A stretch of 64,000 nucleotides of DNA from Octopus vulgaris (GCA_951406725.2 OX597820.1:93930001-93994000), one strand, 5' to 3'. Positions 41,290 to 55,182 are shown, counted from the first letter of the stretch. Notes: generated by a model not told the origin, from the sequence alone. Program-made: numbers and translations.

Positions 41290-41354
41290 TATATACATAT
41301 ATATACATATAAATTACACACACACACACACACATATACATATATATATACATG

Positions 41355-41398
<44 letters not shown>

Positions 41399-41539
41399 AC
41401 ACATACACACACATATATTGCATATACTCTTGTAACTGTATAAAATAATTAAATCAACTGTCAAAGTTCTTACTAATTATTTTATAAGGGTCAGATTTAA
41501 AACCCATTTTTAATTTCCTAAATCATAGTTATAATAATA

Positions 41540-41597
<58 letters not shown>

Positions 41598-41741
41598 TAA
41601 TACTCGATAACTATTTCAAATTAGAAATTTTTTACATGTTGATTGTAAAATTGCATAAGTTACAATATATGTATGCAAGAAAAAGAAGGAATATTACATG
41701 TATAATTAAAATTACGAATAAGTGTGAATGTGTGTGTGTGT

Positions 41742-41775
<34 letters not shown>

Positions 41776-41777
41776 CT

Positions 41778-41812
<35 letters not shown>

Positions 41813-42789
41813 TTTATTGTTTTGTTTTTGCTTTGTTGTTGATATATAATTTCTACTTGGTTGACAGCCTCATTTTCGGAGCAGGATGATATATAAATGA
41901 CGAATGGAGCTAAAAATCATAACTTAAAAATGATAGATGTAATTTTTCTAATTTGATGAATGGGCAGACGAAGAACCTTCCGGCAAATGAATACATAAAC
42001 AATTAAATTACGATTTCTTTTTTAAATAAAGAATAATCAAATAAATAATTAAAAAAAAAAAACGGGTCCAATAAAGTTTCCGAAAATTTTAAGACAAATC
42101 ATTTTTCATTAAGAAAATGGTGATTCTTACATTGGAATGTTAACAGTTTCAGGAACATTCGAGCTGCCTCAAGAAATGACTTATGTCTCGTTAAGTGGCT
42201 CCGGAGGTAAATATATACCCGGATAGAAACTTAAATATAATGTCTTTTGCTAAGGAAGAGACGTAGGAGGATTAAAAGGCGTCAAACTAAATGTTGTTTC
42301 CAGGGATACAAAGACGCACCCCTAAAAGATTTTTGATACATTGTCTTTATGATGATAATTTTGTCATGTTTCTTTTACCATTTCGTAGCCTACATATATA
42401 AGTAGGGCATCAAGTTTTATAGGAAACAGATATTTTTTTCATCATAATTTGTACAACTTGACTTATGTATCATGTGTATGACGACGGAAGGCTGTTATCA
42501 TATGACTGCTCTAGCATGGTTGTGTTATCATGTTTGTTATAAGCAATGCTAAATTAATCAAATTAAAGTTCTATGGAAAATTAATTCCTTCCTTTAATTT
42601 TAAGACTAAGGCACGATCAGGATAAAACGCACTGACACCTGTGACACTTTAGAAAAGCTTTCATAAATATATTCCTTGATCTTGATTCTTCTTGGCAGCT
42701 ATAAGCAGAAAAGATGTGATTAACCACTATAATTGTGACAGTTGTGAATAAAAAGGTGAAAAATGAAGTTAAGACATTTATGAGTTTGT

Positions 42790-43700
42790 CATTTTGAGCT
42801 CACAAATAAAATGGTTTAAGCCCTCCTAGGGAAAATGAGTGAAGAGAACGAATTGCAAGAATGCAGTTCAAGTAAAAAAGATTCAATAAAGTGTTTAGGT
42901 TGAGCTGAGAGGTGAGACGGATAACGAGGATAGATTCTCATAAGTCAAAAAGGTAAGCAACTTGCTTTGCTCGAAATTCTCAATGGTAAGAAACAGACAT
43001 ATGATGTAGGAGAGTAAATTTCTGATAGATCTAACTTTACAGAACCCGTACTCATGATCGCTGAGAAAGGATTTCAGTTGAAGATGATAAAGAAATAATT
43101 GTTTACGATTGTATTCATTATTTTTAAAGTGTTGGCAATGACCAAGAGAAGTTAAATGCACAGAGGGTAATGACTCAAGACAGAGGTGGGGTAAGACGCA
43201 TAGAGAAGTCGATGGACAGTTCTTGATTGTTGGAGGAATTCGTAGGTCAATAAAGAGGGTAAGTTTTAAAAAAAAAAGGAAGTGAGACCTTGAAAGAGAT
43301 TTTTGTAACTGATATGCGGATGTCAAAAAAATGAGGGACGAGGAGAATGGATTCTATACAGGCGCAGATACCACCTTTAAGTAAGTTGCTAGTATGTAAT
43401 GAAGATGGATTAAGATAGAGGGTGAAAGATATGCATATCAGAGAAAAATAGCAGGTGTGACTTTTATGTTAAGGAGTAACAGATAGGATCAAAGTCTGAC
43501 TAATGTTCATGGAAATTGGCATAGAGGGGAAAGAATTGACTAGTGGAGTGATTTCCAAATTTGTAGATAGACTCTCAGTTGTAATTGACAGAGTAGGCTT
43601 ACTGAGGAAGAGGGAGAAAACTACAGGATGACTGACCTACAAATTCATTTACGTAGGTAGACCAATTGGAGCTCAATGGCGTTTCAGGGGCGGGAACTTT
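42790..43700 (-). mobile_element. Decayed CR1/Jockey-group LINE reverse transcriptase fragment
   Basis: ORF 42895-43326 contains SFLSDHEYGFCKVRSIRNLLSYI, matching the LSDxQYGFRxxRSTxDLL motif of non-LTR RTs; frameshifted. Confidence 0.75.
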
Positions 43701-45645
43701 TGAAATTCTGTGTCCGTTGGAAAGATACACCTGTTGTGGAATGGAGAAATGCAGTGTACAGAGTGCATTATATAAGTATAGTATTTTGAGACGTTACCCA
43801 CGTGTTTGGTCTTCTGTACATGTCTTCCTATGATTTCTATAAGAACCAGTAATACTATGAAAGTGGAGTCTAAGAGTGGAGCAATACTAAAATCTTTACT
43901 ATATCTTCAGTTGAGTATTTGCAGCAGAGAGAATATAATTCATCTAAAGATAACAGAGTACTAAAAGATATTGTTAAACAGATACCCTACTAGTCATAAA
44001 AAGTCAATCTCCACTCTACTTTCGACAGGTAATTTTCAATTCAAAGCGAGGAAATTTCTAAAGGGTTGCATCAACAGAGTTTTTAAAATATTCATTTCTC
44101 CTGAAATTATCCCATAATGCTGTTATCGATGACCCAGTGATTTCTTTTGTAATTTATGCGAGATTCTAGAGTTTCTACAGAATTAGACATAAAGGGAAAA
44201 TGATTACCATAAGAAACGACTTGACTAAGGGGCAACAACACATTGGCTGTAACAATACCATCAGCAACAACTCTAACCGAAATGATATATCAAAAGTCAA
44301 AACATCATTGCTGTCATTAATACCGTCTCCGTAACTACCAAAACCACCACGATCATCACTAGCACCATTAAAATACTGCAAAAACAAAAGTAACCACCTA
44401 AGGAAGAAAACAGCTACAAAAACATTGACATTTTTTAATGGCTTGATCTAAAGAAAAAGGTTGTTCTATGAGCCACCACAGTCACATCCTTCAAAACAAA
44501 TGCGGTTGATGCTGTTCTTAAACAAATAACTACATATTGACGGCTGCAGATAAACATGGACAAGAAGGGAATTTCAGAAGGGTAATATCTGGGGATGAAG
44601 GACTGGACAAAAGGAATTCATGCAGACTTTGGTCAAGGTAAAATATGAGTGGCAAGGAAAGATAGAGAAGTGAGTGAATATGCAACAGTAACACTTGGAA
44701 TAATAAATTCATTTAAATACGCAGGCAATTATAAACATCTACAACAGCAATTACAACTGAAATGGTATCCACAAAATTAACAGTGATGTAGTCCTCAACA
44801 TCATTATTTACAACGACACCATTACAACAGGTTTAAATATGAAGCGCGGCAAGAGGTATAAAGCACAAACAGCGACAATAGCAAGAACGATTGCAACATA
44901 AGCCACAACACCTATAATATAAATCCCAACAGTATTGGTAACAACAACAATAATCATTACCAGAATAATACAAAGACTTATATATATTATAGCGGCAATG
45001 TAAACCACAACAACAACAACGACGATAATTACAATACCAATAAAAACGCTAAGCAATAGAGCAACAATCCAAAAGACTAGTACCTACAATAGCAAAACAA
45101 AACAATAATATAAATTATACCAGCCATCAGCTTACACAATAAGCATTATCAACTGAAGAAGGTGTCTAAAGGTGATCACTCGAGATGCTAGAAATAACAA
45201 CCGAATTTTCACCAAATCACATTAACTGTCTTCAAAAAGAATTTTAAAAAAAGACATCGCATGCACATAGGAAAATATCGTTATGGTCATAGCAGGAATG
45301 CCTTTTGACCATGAGTTCGCACAATCATAACTGTACTGTGGTTAAACAATAACAACAATAATAAAAACTATAACTATTGCAAAAACCTTGCAAATGGTTA
45401 ACAGCAGATAACTTCAAGCGAGGAACAGATAAAATTAAAGAAAATTTAACACCAATATTTCTGGTCTAAAGAACTGATCAAACCCAATCTGTGGCAGGTA
45501 TTGATTGTAAGCTGACTAGGAGAATCGTTAAACCATCGTTCAAAATTCTTATTTCAAATTGTTGTGACACCTTGAACCCCGAGTTCAAATCTGGTCGAAA
45601 TCAGTTTCACATTTCATTCTTCAGTATGTATATATATATATATAT

Positions 45646-46436
45646 ATACAGTGTACATTTAAACACATAAGGGGTATCCGTCATAGGATACCTGGCACGC
45701 TAGAAGGAACAGCCAAAATCCAAACCACTATTGGGGATAAACCTCGAAGGGAATGAAAAATAAAAATATTTACCATTTATCTCCTGGAACATGGTTTTTG
45801 ACTATTTTTAGCAAATAAAATAATTTGGTAGGCGAAGTCTTCACCAGCAGGTACGCCTAGATTAAACATATCAGTACGAGGCAATCTAGCATGTGCCCCG
45901 TGCTTATAAACGCTATGCCACTGGTAGTAAGAATTTCTAAAATTTTTATTACCCTGATATTATTAATTATTGATAATTTTTTCTGGAAAATTTTCGAAGT
46001 AACGCCGGCAATATTTTATTTGCTGCCGACAAAAATTGTGCTTGCGCGGTAAATTTGAAAAATTATAACGTATAAGCACAGGGAACATGCTGGATTGCCT
46101 CGTACTTATATGTTCAATCTAGGCGTCCCTGCTGATGTAGACTTCACCTAGCAAATTATTTTTTGCTAAAAAAAAGTCAGAAGCCATGGTCGAGGAAATA
46201 GATGGTAAATGTTTTTATGTTTCATTCCCTTCGAGGTTTATCTCTAATAGTGGTTTGGATTTTGGCTGTTCTTTCTAGCGTGCCAGGAATCCTATGACGG
46301 ATACCTCTTATATGTTTAAATGTACACTGTATTTATATGAATAATATATATAGTCTATTGACTAATTTTTCTACACGCTAGGCCACTGGTAGTAAGAATT
46401 TCTAAAATAATTATTACTCTGATATCATTAATCATA
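45646..46436. mobile_element. Large fold-back element: about 270-bp inverted arms (45646-45916 / 46065-46332) plus a 60-bp direct repeat (45910-45970 / 46375-46436); each arm has a degenerate HHR
   Basis: Arms pair throughout with scattered mismatches; (TA)n on both outer sides; HHR-like motifs at 45783-45851 (-) and 46128-46195 (+). Confidence 0.75.
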
Positions 46437-46444
46437 TGTATGTT

Positions 46445-46499
<55 letters not shown>

Positions 46500-46804
46500 G
46501 TATGGTGGGTGCATGTGTATTTGCTTATATTTCAATACACATACTCGCGCGCACATACACACACGCGCGCATTATGAATTTTGTCTATAATAGGCATAAG
46601 ATATATTTCCTTCTCTGGAAATTCTAGCAAATCCTCAAGCCGAATTGACTCATCTTCTGTCTACGGAGAAACAAAACATGAAGTGTAAACAACTGTTTAC
46701 ATTTCACAGGGAATCTATTTTCTATGTTGTTTATTATAAAAACATGTACCTGACATTTCAAACCCGCTTCCAATCATCACGTAGTACTAAGTATATATCT
46801 ATAT

Positions 46805-46857
<53 letters not shown>

Positions 46858-48301
46858 TACATATAATGTGTGGGCGTATATGTATTCAAGTATGTGTACG
46901 AGAGGACTTGTTATCAAAGGAGGGAGGCTACAGTTGCTGGTCTCATTGTTATTGCCAAGGCAACGGAACCAGAAAAGAAAGAAAGCAAGCAAGAGGAAAA
47001 CTAGCTTGTGTATTATTTGCTGAAATGATACACATATCTAAACAGATGTCTTTCATAGTTATAAAAAAGTAGAAACTATGGAAACTGCTGTAGATATTGT
47101 AGATATCTTACACTACTACTTATCTATCCCTCTATCTCTCTTTTCATAATGCCTCTCCATCACATTCTCTCTTGCTCTTACTCTGTTGCACATGCACATA
47201 CGTATTTTCCAAGAGTTCGCTCATCCATTACCTAGCAGCACTTTTCTTGATAACTCATAGATCTCAGAATATGCAGTGGAAACGGTGCCAAAAACAAGGG
47301 TCACTCAACCCTGAAGTGTGATACTGATCACCGCGTCATGGCTATAGTAGCGGGGATTGAAATAGTTATTTAAGATGCACAAAGGGAACACACACACACA
47401 CACACACACACTTCTCTGTGTAATTTGCCAGTGTATTAGCTAGAGCACCGTGACAATATGAGTAAATATAGTTAGAAGGTTATGCTTGATAAACAAAAAT
47501 TACAACCCGTCGCTGCATTTTATATGCGCAGAGAGGTTAAATGTTTTTTTGCATGTCAGTATTAATGTATATCAATGTGTGCGTGTGTGTGTGAGAGAGA
47601 GAGAAGATTGTTCATAAATACTTAAGACTTAATTATATAGAAAACACTTTTTTAAGAAGTAGATTAACGCAGACATGATGGAACACTCTAATTTTTATAT
47701 GATTAATAACATTAATTTTTCATATAATTAATAACTTTAATTTTTAATAACTTTAATTAGTATAATTTATAACCTTAATTTTTGATAACTTTAATTTATA
47801 TAATTAATAACCTTAAACTTTTTTTTCACATATTTTCAATAATTTCTTTATCAAAAATTATTAAAAGAAAATGACGAAACAAAACTATCGTCCAAATTTG
47901 CGGCGAACTCAAATATTGATGTTGGTTGGGAGCATTGACAAAAGTCAGTGTCTTCCACAGATCTTTTGATGTCTAGAGATCGCTATTGTAGGACACTGGT
48001 CCCTAACTGAGCAAAAGCATGACACGGGATTTAGTTTTAAAAGTGATCACTTGACTTATTTGATATAACAGTCACTACTAATATCTTTCATACCACAGCT
48101 TTCATACCACCAGCTTAGCCTACCCATATAACGAAACGTTTGATAGGGATATCTCTATACATTTTGAACATAGCATATGGAACTTTCTTTTCTGTGTATT
48201 GATGAAGAATCGAAACCGAAGCGTCGAACATTCCAGTTATATATGTGCCCCAGCATGGCCACAGCTCATAAGCTGGAACTAGAATCAATCAATCAATCAA
48301 T

Positions 48302-48703
48302 TATTACTTGTTTCAGTCATTTGACTGCGGCCATGCTGGAGCACCGCCTTTAGTCGAGCAGATCGACCCCGGGACTTATTCTTTGTAAGCCCAGTACTTA
48401 TTCTATCGGCCTCTTTTGCCGAACCGCTAAGTGAAGGGGACATAAACACACCAGCATCGGTTGTGAAGCAATGCTAGGGGGACAAACACAGATACACAAA
48501 CATATACACACACATACATATATATATATACATATATACGACAGGCTTCTTTCAGTTTCCGTCTACCAAATCCACTCACAAAGCATTGGTCGGCCCGGGG
48601 CTATAGCAGAAGACACTTGCCCAAGATGCCACGCAGTGGGACTGAACCCGGAACCATGTGGTTGGTAAGCAAGCTACTTACCACACAGCCACTCCAGCGC
48701 CTG
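48302..48703 (-). mobile_element. SINE family B, full length, young
   Basis: Highly similar to 6714-7135 over the whole length. Confidence 0.9.
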
Positions 48704-50040
48704 CATATACATATATGCAAAGTGTCATCTAAAAATAAGACGGTGTCGAATACATTTGAAGAAGAGACGGAATAAAAATACGGATTCTAAAACCCGTGTG
48801 GCGTTGTCTAACTCCAGGTCAATTTTCCATTGTGCAAGAATGTGAGCTAACACATTCCAGTCATAACTATTCTGTTTTCTCCATACATAGGCAATCTAGA
48901 CCCACATACTCCAACATGCTTTTTGTTAAGAAGGTAAGGCAAAATTTGCAGGAGAATTGGTTGTCATTTCTAGCAGATCCAGCGATCAATTAAATGATTC
49001 CTCTTACTTGTACATACGGCGGCATTCGCTCGGGGTGGGTTAAGCCGTTTCCGACAAACGAGTTCATCACGTCCCTCACGAATGCTGACCACGTCATAAC
49101 AGGCAAAGAAATGCTTTTGCATGCGGCTCAAAAATCAAACTCCCAAATTTCACAAATGCCCCTCAGAGAGAGCAAGCGTTTCGGATAGCGCCGATGCCAC
49201 AGCCCTAGTCGTCATTCGTTATTGAGGTGTAGAGTTCATGTTCGGACTTGCTTCCCTGTTTACTCATCGCTAGAAGTGCTACATTATTCCTAATTTCTGA
49301 AATGTTCCTGATATAAAATAAGTAGAATTAGAAAGTCCCACTGAAATACATTATGAAACGATTGCAATAATCGGTAAATCTAAGCTGTTAGTCCTGGGGC
49401 CTTACCTACTTATCTACCGAATAACAACAGGAAGTAAACTACGTTCCTACTTCCGCAGCTTATCTAAAGATTTTATTAATTTTTTTAAATCCTAGTTATG
49501 TAGTACTTTAACAGTTGTTGCATAACCACACTAAACCCTTTATTGCTGATTACATTAAATATTCTATATTACATCCCACTCTCTCTTAACACGCAGCAGC
49601 TTGTACATCGTTGATTCACTTTATAGAAATAGCTACCAAGTATAATCCATATCCCACCCTACTAACTTCACAAGTGAAGGTTCAATTTTATAATGTAGCC
49701 CTACGCAGAGCAACAACACTCCGCTCTGAAAAGGTGGTAAGGTCAATTGGATCAGAGCTGAAATTGTTCTAAACATCGACAATAACAACAACAGCATAAT
49801 GTACCTCCCTATATTCTATGAAGTATCAGCATATTCCACGATACAGTAATTCACGGTACGTCATCACACGATGACATATACGTAGATACGACGTCATAGC
49901 ACATGTCAACAGGCTAAATATATCCATATATTATCATAGCATTTCATATCGTACAAGTCACCTCAGCTCATCTCTGGTTAAGCTATAATATCTCATCAAA
50001 TACGCACACACACACATGCTCGTAAGCGCGCGCAAACAAG

Positions 50041-50094
<54 letters not shown>

Positions 50095-50400
50095 AACACC
50101 TGAATGAGGAGCTTGAGCATGGCCCTAGTCCAATGACTGGAAATAATTAGAAAAACAAATCACGCACTACATGCATAAATACATACATACATACATGCAT
50201 ACATACATACATGCATACATACATGTATGTATATGTGTGTGTGTGCGTTTATATATATACACACACACGCACACATGTAAATAAGTATATAAATGTACAA
50301 GTGTGTGTATATGTATACGTATATATATATATATGTAGGTATGCATATACATGCATATATCTGTGTATACATACAGACTTCTATGAATATACATAATATA

Positions 50401-50454
<54 letters not shown>

Positions 50455-50717
50455 AACGCACTTTAAGCATGCATAAATTCATACAAGAATGCATATATGC
50501 CTGAATGTGCTACGTTTACCAAGAAGCAATCATCATCACCACTATGAACTGGCACTTAGCTGCCTTTAGCAAAATCTACTTTGTTAGAATCAATTAAACT
50601 ACTTTTTCTGCACTTCCTTCTGTTTTAGAAACCATAGCAAAAAGCCGCGATTTCTGCCATGCTTCAAGTGACCATGCCATTAAAGTAAACAAACTTCTAA
50701 TAATATTCTTGCTTCTT

Positions 50718-50749
<32 letters not shown>

Positions 50750-50900
50750 CCCTTCTACTTTCTCCGGTGGATGAAAGGCAAAGCCAGCCTCGGCGACATT
50801 TGAACTCGGAAGATAGAGAGCCTGAATAAATGCCACCATGCGATTTGTCAGGTGTGCTATCGATTCTGCCAGCTACACCCCAAAAACAACAACAACAACA

Positions 50901-50971
<71 letters not shown>

Positions 50972-51185
50972 CCTTTGTATTATAGGTAAACGGTCTGATA
51001 TTTTGGGGAAGGAGCTTCGTCGATAACATCGACCCCAGTACTCGATTGATATATATATATATATATATATTATCGACCTCGAAAGGATGAAAAATAAAGT
51101 CAACCACGGCGGAATTTGAACTCAGATCGTAATACCGCTGTATATTTTGCTCAGCGTGCTAACGATTCTGCCAGCTCCCCACCTT
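50750..51185 (-). mobile_element. Two SINE family A copies separated by (AAT)n (50750-50880; 50970-51185)
   Basis: ggatgaaaggcaaagccagcctcggcgacatttgaactcgg and cgaaaggatgaaaaataaagtcaaccacggcggaatttgaactcag. Confidence 0.8.
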
Positions 51186-51651
51186 AACAACAAGAACAAC
51201 AATAATAAAACAGAAGAAAACATCGGAGAAAAATCATACAATCTGGGAACAGAAATATCACTTGTCACATTTAGTTTCGTGTCACGACTGCTGCTGCTGT
51301 ATCACAACTACCACCGCCGTCACCCACATCACCACTGTCGCCGCCGCGACCATCACTAACGGAACCATCACAACCATCATCACCAACATCGACACACTAC
51401 TACCACCTCCACATGCACTATAACTCCATAACAATAACAATGACATATACATCAGATGCACCTATCGCTGCAAAAGCAACAACTGTAGTGGCAGCGGCAG
51501 CGGCAGCAGCAGTAGCTGCAGCACAACCATTATCAACATTATTGTTGTTCGCCTCATCATAATTATTTCATCATCAATAGCCAATCATCATCATCGTTTG
51601 GAGAGAGCAACGTAAACATCATCAATAAAACACCAACTGTCAGCATCTGTT

Positions 51652-51712
<61 letters not shown>

Positions 51713-51867
51713 ATATATATGTATGTATATATATATATATATGGATGTATGTATATATATATATATATGTATGAATGTATGTATATATATATGTATGTAT
51801 ATATATATATATATATATATATTTAAGTATATATGTATGCGCATATATGTATACATATATATATATA

Positions 51868-52190
51868 TTCTTTTTTATTCTTTTTACTTGTTTCAATCAT
51901 TAGACTGCGGCCATTTTGGAGTACTTTGGACTGCAGCCATGCTGGTGCATCGCCATTGAAGGTTTAATTGTAGTACTTAGGTTTTTTTTAAGACTGGCAC
52001 TTTTCCTAACGGTCTCTTTGGCGCGACCCGCTAAGTTAAGAGTATGTAAACAAATCAACACCGGTTGTCAGGTGGGCAAACTCGAACACACACACATACA
52101 GATATATAAGACACTTGCTCTAGATGCTGTGCTGTGGGACTGAACCCAAAACCATGGACTGGCAAACAGAGCGTTGCTTAACCACACACA
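51868..52190 (-). mobile_element. SINE family B, internally deleted
   Basis: ttacttgtttcaatcattagactgcggcca...agacacttgctctagatgctgtgctgtgggactgaaccc. Confidence 0.75.
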
Positions 52191-52254
52191 CACATATCTG
52201 CGTACCTCTCTCTCTCTCATAAAGTATATATATTCGAATATATGACAAGATTTC

Positions 52255-52301
<47 letters not shown>

Positions 52302-52316
52302 CATCCGGAGGGAAAC

Positions 52317-52429
52317 TGGCTAAAACCTTGAGTTTCATGAAGTGTGGGACGCATTGCAATCATCAACAAATCACAAACTGAAACTTGTTTGAAATGTAAC
52401 TACGCTTCATGAAACTCAGAGTTTCAGCC
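52317..52429. repeat. Short inverted repeat (arms about 28 bp) next to (TA)n
   Basis: tggctaaaaccttgagtttcatgaagtgt pairs with acgcttcatgaaactcagagtttcagcca. Confidence 0.7.
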
Positions 52430-52520
52430 ACATTTTCGTTCTGACCAATGGATTTAGTCTTTATAACTAGTCCGTTATTTGAAAGTTTTCGTAACATCAA
52501 TATAATGTTTGTGTGTGTGC

Positions 52521-52557
<37 letters not shown>

Positions 52558-52844
52558 AGAGAGAGATAGAGCATGCATGTATGTATGTATGTATATACAT
52601 ATATATGCACATATATGTGTATACGTATAATATCAGTATATTACTCTCTTCAAGCCAATTAAAAGGATTTTATTTATTTCAAATTTCCCATGGTTAACAC
52701 AGGAATAAAAAATGCAATTATTGCTGTCATATGGGCGTAACACAGCGATTCAATAATTGCCAACATGCTATATGTGGAAAGACCTTTTTTTCATGAAGTT
52801 CAGATGACATTGGAAGCATCTGACAGGAATGCATCAACGGTATA

Positions 52845-53082
52845 AAGGCGGTGAGCTGGCAGGAACGTTAGCACGTCGGGCGAAATGCTTTGCGGTATTT
52901 CATCTGCTGTTACGTTGTGAGTTCAAATTCCGCCGAGGTCGACTTTGCCTTTCATCCTTTCGGGGTCGATAAATTAAGTACCAGTTACGCACTGGGGTCG
53001 ATGTAATCGACTTAATACCTATGTCTGTCCTTGTTTGTCCCCTCTATGTTTAGCCCCTTGTGGGTAATAAAGAAATAGGTAT
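52845..53082 (+). mobile_element. SINE family A, near-consensus full-length copy
   Basis: aaggcggtgagctggcagg...gagttcaaattcc (B box)...gactttgcctttcatcctttcggggtcgataaattaagtaccag (Meta/Nin-like domain). Confidence 0.9.
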
Positions 53083-53199
53083 AAAGGAGAAAAATATTTT
53101 CTAAACGTTCGATCACTCTAAGGACACCGCAATTCATCCGATTCAAAACATTATCGATGATGATCCCCAAAAAATCGATAAGGATCATCGCCAAAAATC

Positions 53200-53728
53200 T
53201 TCATGTATTGAAGTGGATTATCAAAAATGTGTGATGCAATGAAAGCTGTATATACAGAAGACAGACTAATTCGTGCGTGAAAAGAGACAGATAACCCGTT
53301 TGATCTGTACCAAATTGTTAACAAGCTTAAAAGCCCTCACGAAACATGGCATACTTTGGTACTCCTCTAATGGGAAAAAAATAACAACCAATGGTAAATG
53401 GGAAAACACCAACCAATGCCAAAACAGAAAGAATGCCAAACGGTTATGTGCAGATCCTTCTAACGTTCCCACGTTACCTAAAAATGGATATCAAACAATC
53501 TTTACGATTAGGTAGCATAAAATTTGTGGCCTCCAAACTCGCTCGCCAGATTTACCTTTAATGGACTACTATGTCTGGAGTATTGTTGAAAGGGAGTCTA
53601 ATTTATATCCTCAAAATATCGTAGTTTCACTAACAAGATGATGTCCTAAATGGACACGAAACATTTAGTGCAGGCATAGTAGTGATTCCGGTTCCGCATT
53701 AAAGCAGTCATCGAAGCGGAAGACGGAT
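53200..53728 (+). pseudogene. Tc1/mariner (maT/DD37D-like) transposase remnant
   Basis: QNRKNAKRLCADPSNVP (compare NRRNDRWLxxDPxEVP) and LWPPNS/PDLxxMDYYVWSIVERESN...FRFRIKAVIEAEDG (compare WPPNSPDLNPLDYYVW...FRSRIEAVIEAxGG); stops, frameshifts and internal deletion. Confidence 0.8.
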
Positions 53729-53734
53729 CCAAGC

Positions 53735-54430
53735 CTACTGAAAGAATTTCAACTCAAACAAAAATACCCGTCACTACTTATAGAAAATAGTATTCAGAGG
53801 CCTATGAAAATACCCACACAACAGAGGACAACACAAAGAAGAGAAAAACAAGAGCATATCATACCATTTATAGTGACCCACAATTCATGTCACCAGATCA
53901 TCTTCAATATCGCTAAAGCAAACCTACCAATCATTGCTCATAGTAAGGAATTAAGAGATAGCATTACAGACCAAACTATAACTCTCAGTAAAAGACAGCC
54001 TAAAAGCTTGAAAACGTTAACAAAGGCAAGGTTTGACCTTAGCAACAAAGAACAACTATTCCCTGTGTCTAAATGCAATATTAGCCGATGCGGTACATGT
54101 CAATTAATTCATACTGGCCCATATATGAACACAAAAACAGGGAAAGTATTCACAAACGCAAATATGAACTGCAAAAGCAGAAATTTAATCTACTGCATCG
54201 AATTCCCGAATTGTGAAGAACTGTATGTTGGCCAGACAGGCAATCCACAATCAGAATGCTCACGTGTGCATCGACAACAAATGAAGAATCCAGAAGACCG
54301 CCAAATACCGCTGAGTAACCATCTAGCAACATGTGGCCGGAAAATATTTATAATATTTCCATTTCATAAACAATACAATCCGAATGAAATCGAGAGAAAA
54401 CCCAAACTTAGTAAACAATAATAAAAAATG
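53735..54430 (+). mobile_element. Penelope-like element (Neptune-type), 5'-truncated: linker, Zn-finger and GIY-YIG endonuclease (ORF 53804-54421, 205 aa)
   Basis: IPFIVTHN, KRQPKSLK, CNISRCGTC, MNCKSRNLIYCIExPNCEELYVGQT...RVHRQQ...LSNHL match the PLE GIY-YIG region; no RT domain present. Confidence 0.9.
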
Positions 54431-54784
54431 ATCTTATTTAAGCTTTAAAAGTTTTACCCCATATCTAAAAAATAAAAATCTCTAAAAAGTACTCCTGTCA
54501 TCACTATAAAATGGTATGGCATCATTTCTAAAAATAGCCAAGCAACTACAACTTCTATCCACAGGAATGTATATAAACGACGAAATTTAACCAGTCAACT
54601 GCAGTTGAAACCAATGAAAACAACTGTCACCAATACCATATGAACCTGAAGATTACATAAATGCAAGAAGGTATGTGAGTTCAATAAGAATGGACATTTG
54701 ATATTTCATTTGTTCAATAAGAATAGGCAATTAATACTTCATTTCATTTCTTTTTGCTATATTATTTTATATCTTATTATATCT

Positions 54785-54790
<6 letters not shown>
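54431..54790 (+). mobile_element. 3' pseudo-LTR of the Penelope-like element with a truncated hammerhead-like remnant (54642-54682)
   Basis: gaac ctgaaga t tacata...tatgtg a gttc: stem I, CUGAAGA and stem II present, GAAAC-GUH part missing; ends in (TA)n. Confidence 0.5.
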
Positions 54791-54861
<71 letters not shown>

Positions 54862-54899
54862 GCAAGATATTTTATGTGAAGTCGTGTGTTGAAACAGAT

Positions 54900-55182
54900 A
54901 TTGTTATATTTCGGAATGGTCATTTTGCCAGTTTAGCCAATAAAGACACACGCACTATATATTTTGTGTTATTTTACTTCAGTGTTATTTATTTTTTACA
55001 TTAATCTTAAAAACAAAGGACCAATGATGCGGTCACAGGAGTGTGACGAAAGAACTCTGGCCGAAATAAGATTAAGATTAATGTAAAAAATAAATAACAC
55101 TGAAGCAAAATAACACCAAATATATAGTGCGTGTGTCTTTATTGGCTAAACTGGCAAAATGACCATTCCGAAATACAACAAT
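54900..55182. mobile_element. Penelope-type inverted repeat: 111-bp arms (54900-55010 / 55072-55182) with an HHR-like loop (55021-55060, +)
   Basis: Arms nearly perfect; loop cca atgatgc g gtcac aggagt gtgac gaaa gaac tc tgg; (TA)n on both sides. Confidence 0.75.

Noticed and set aside
53804-54421. Cellular GIY-YIG nuclease gene
   Set aside because: Motif order, missing N-terminus, decayed C-terminus and terminal-repeat/(TA)n context fit a truncated Penelope-like element better
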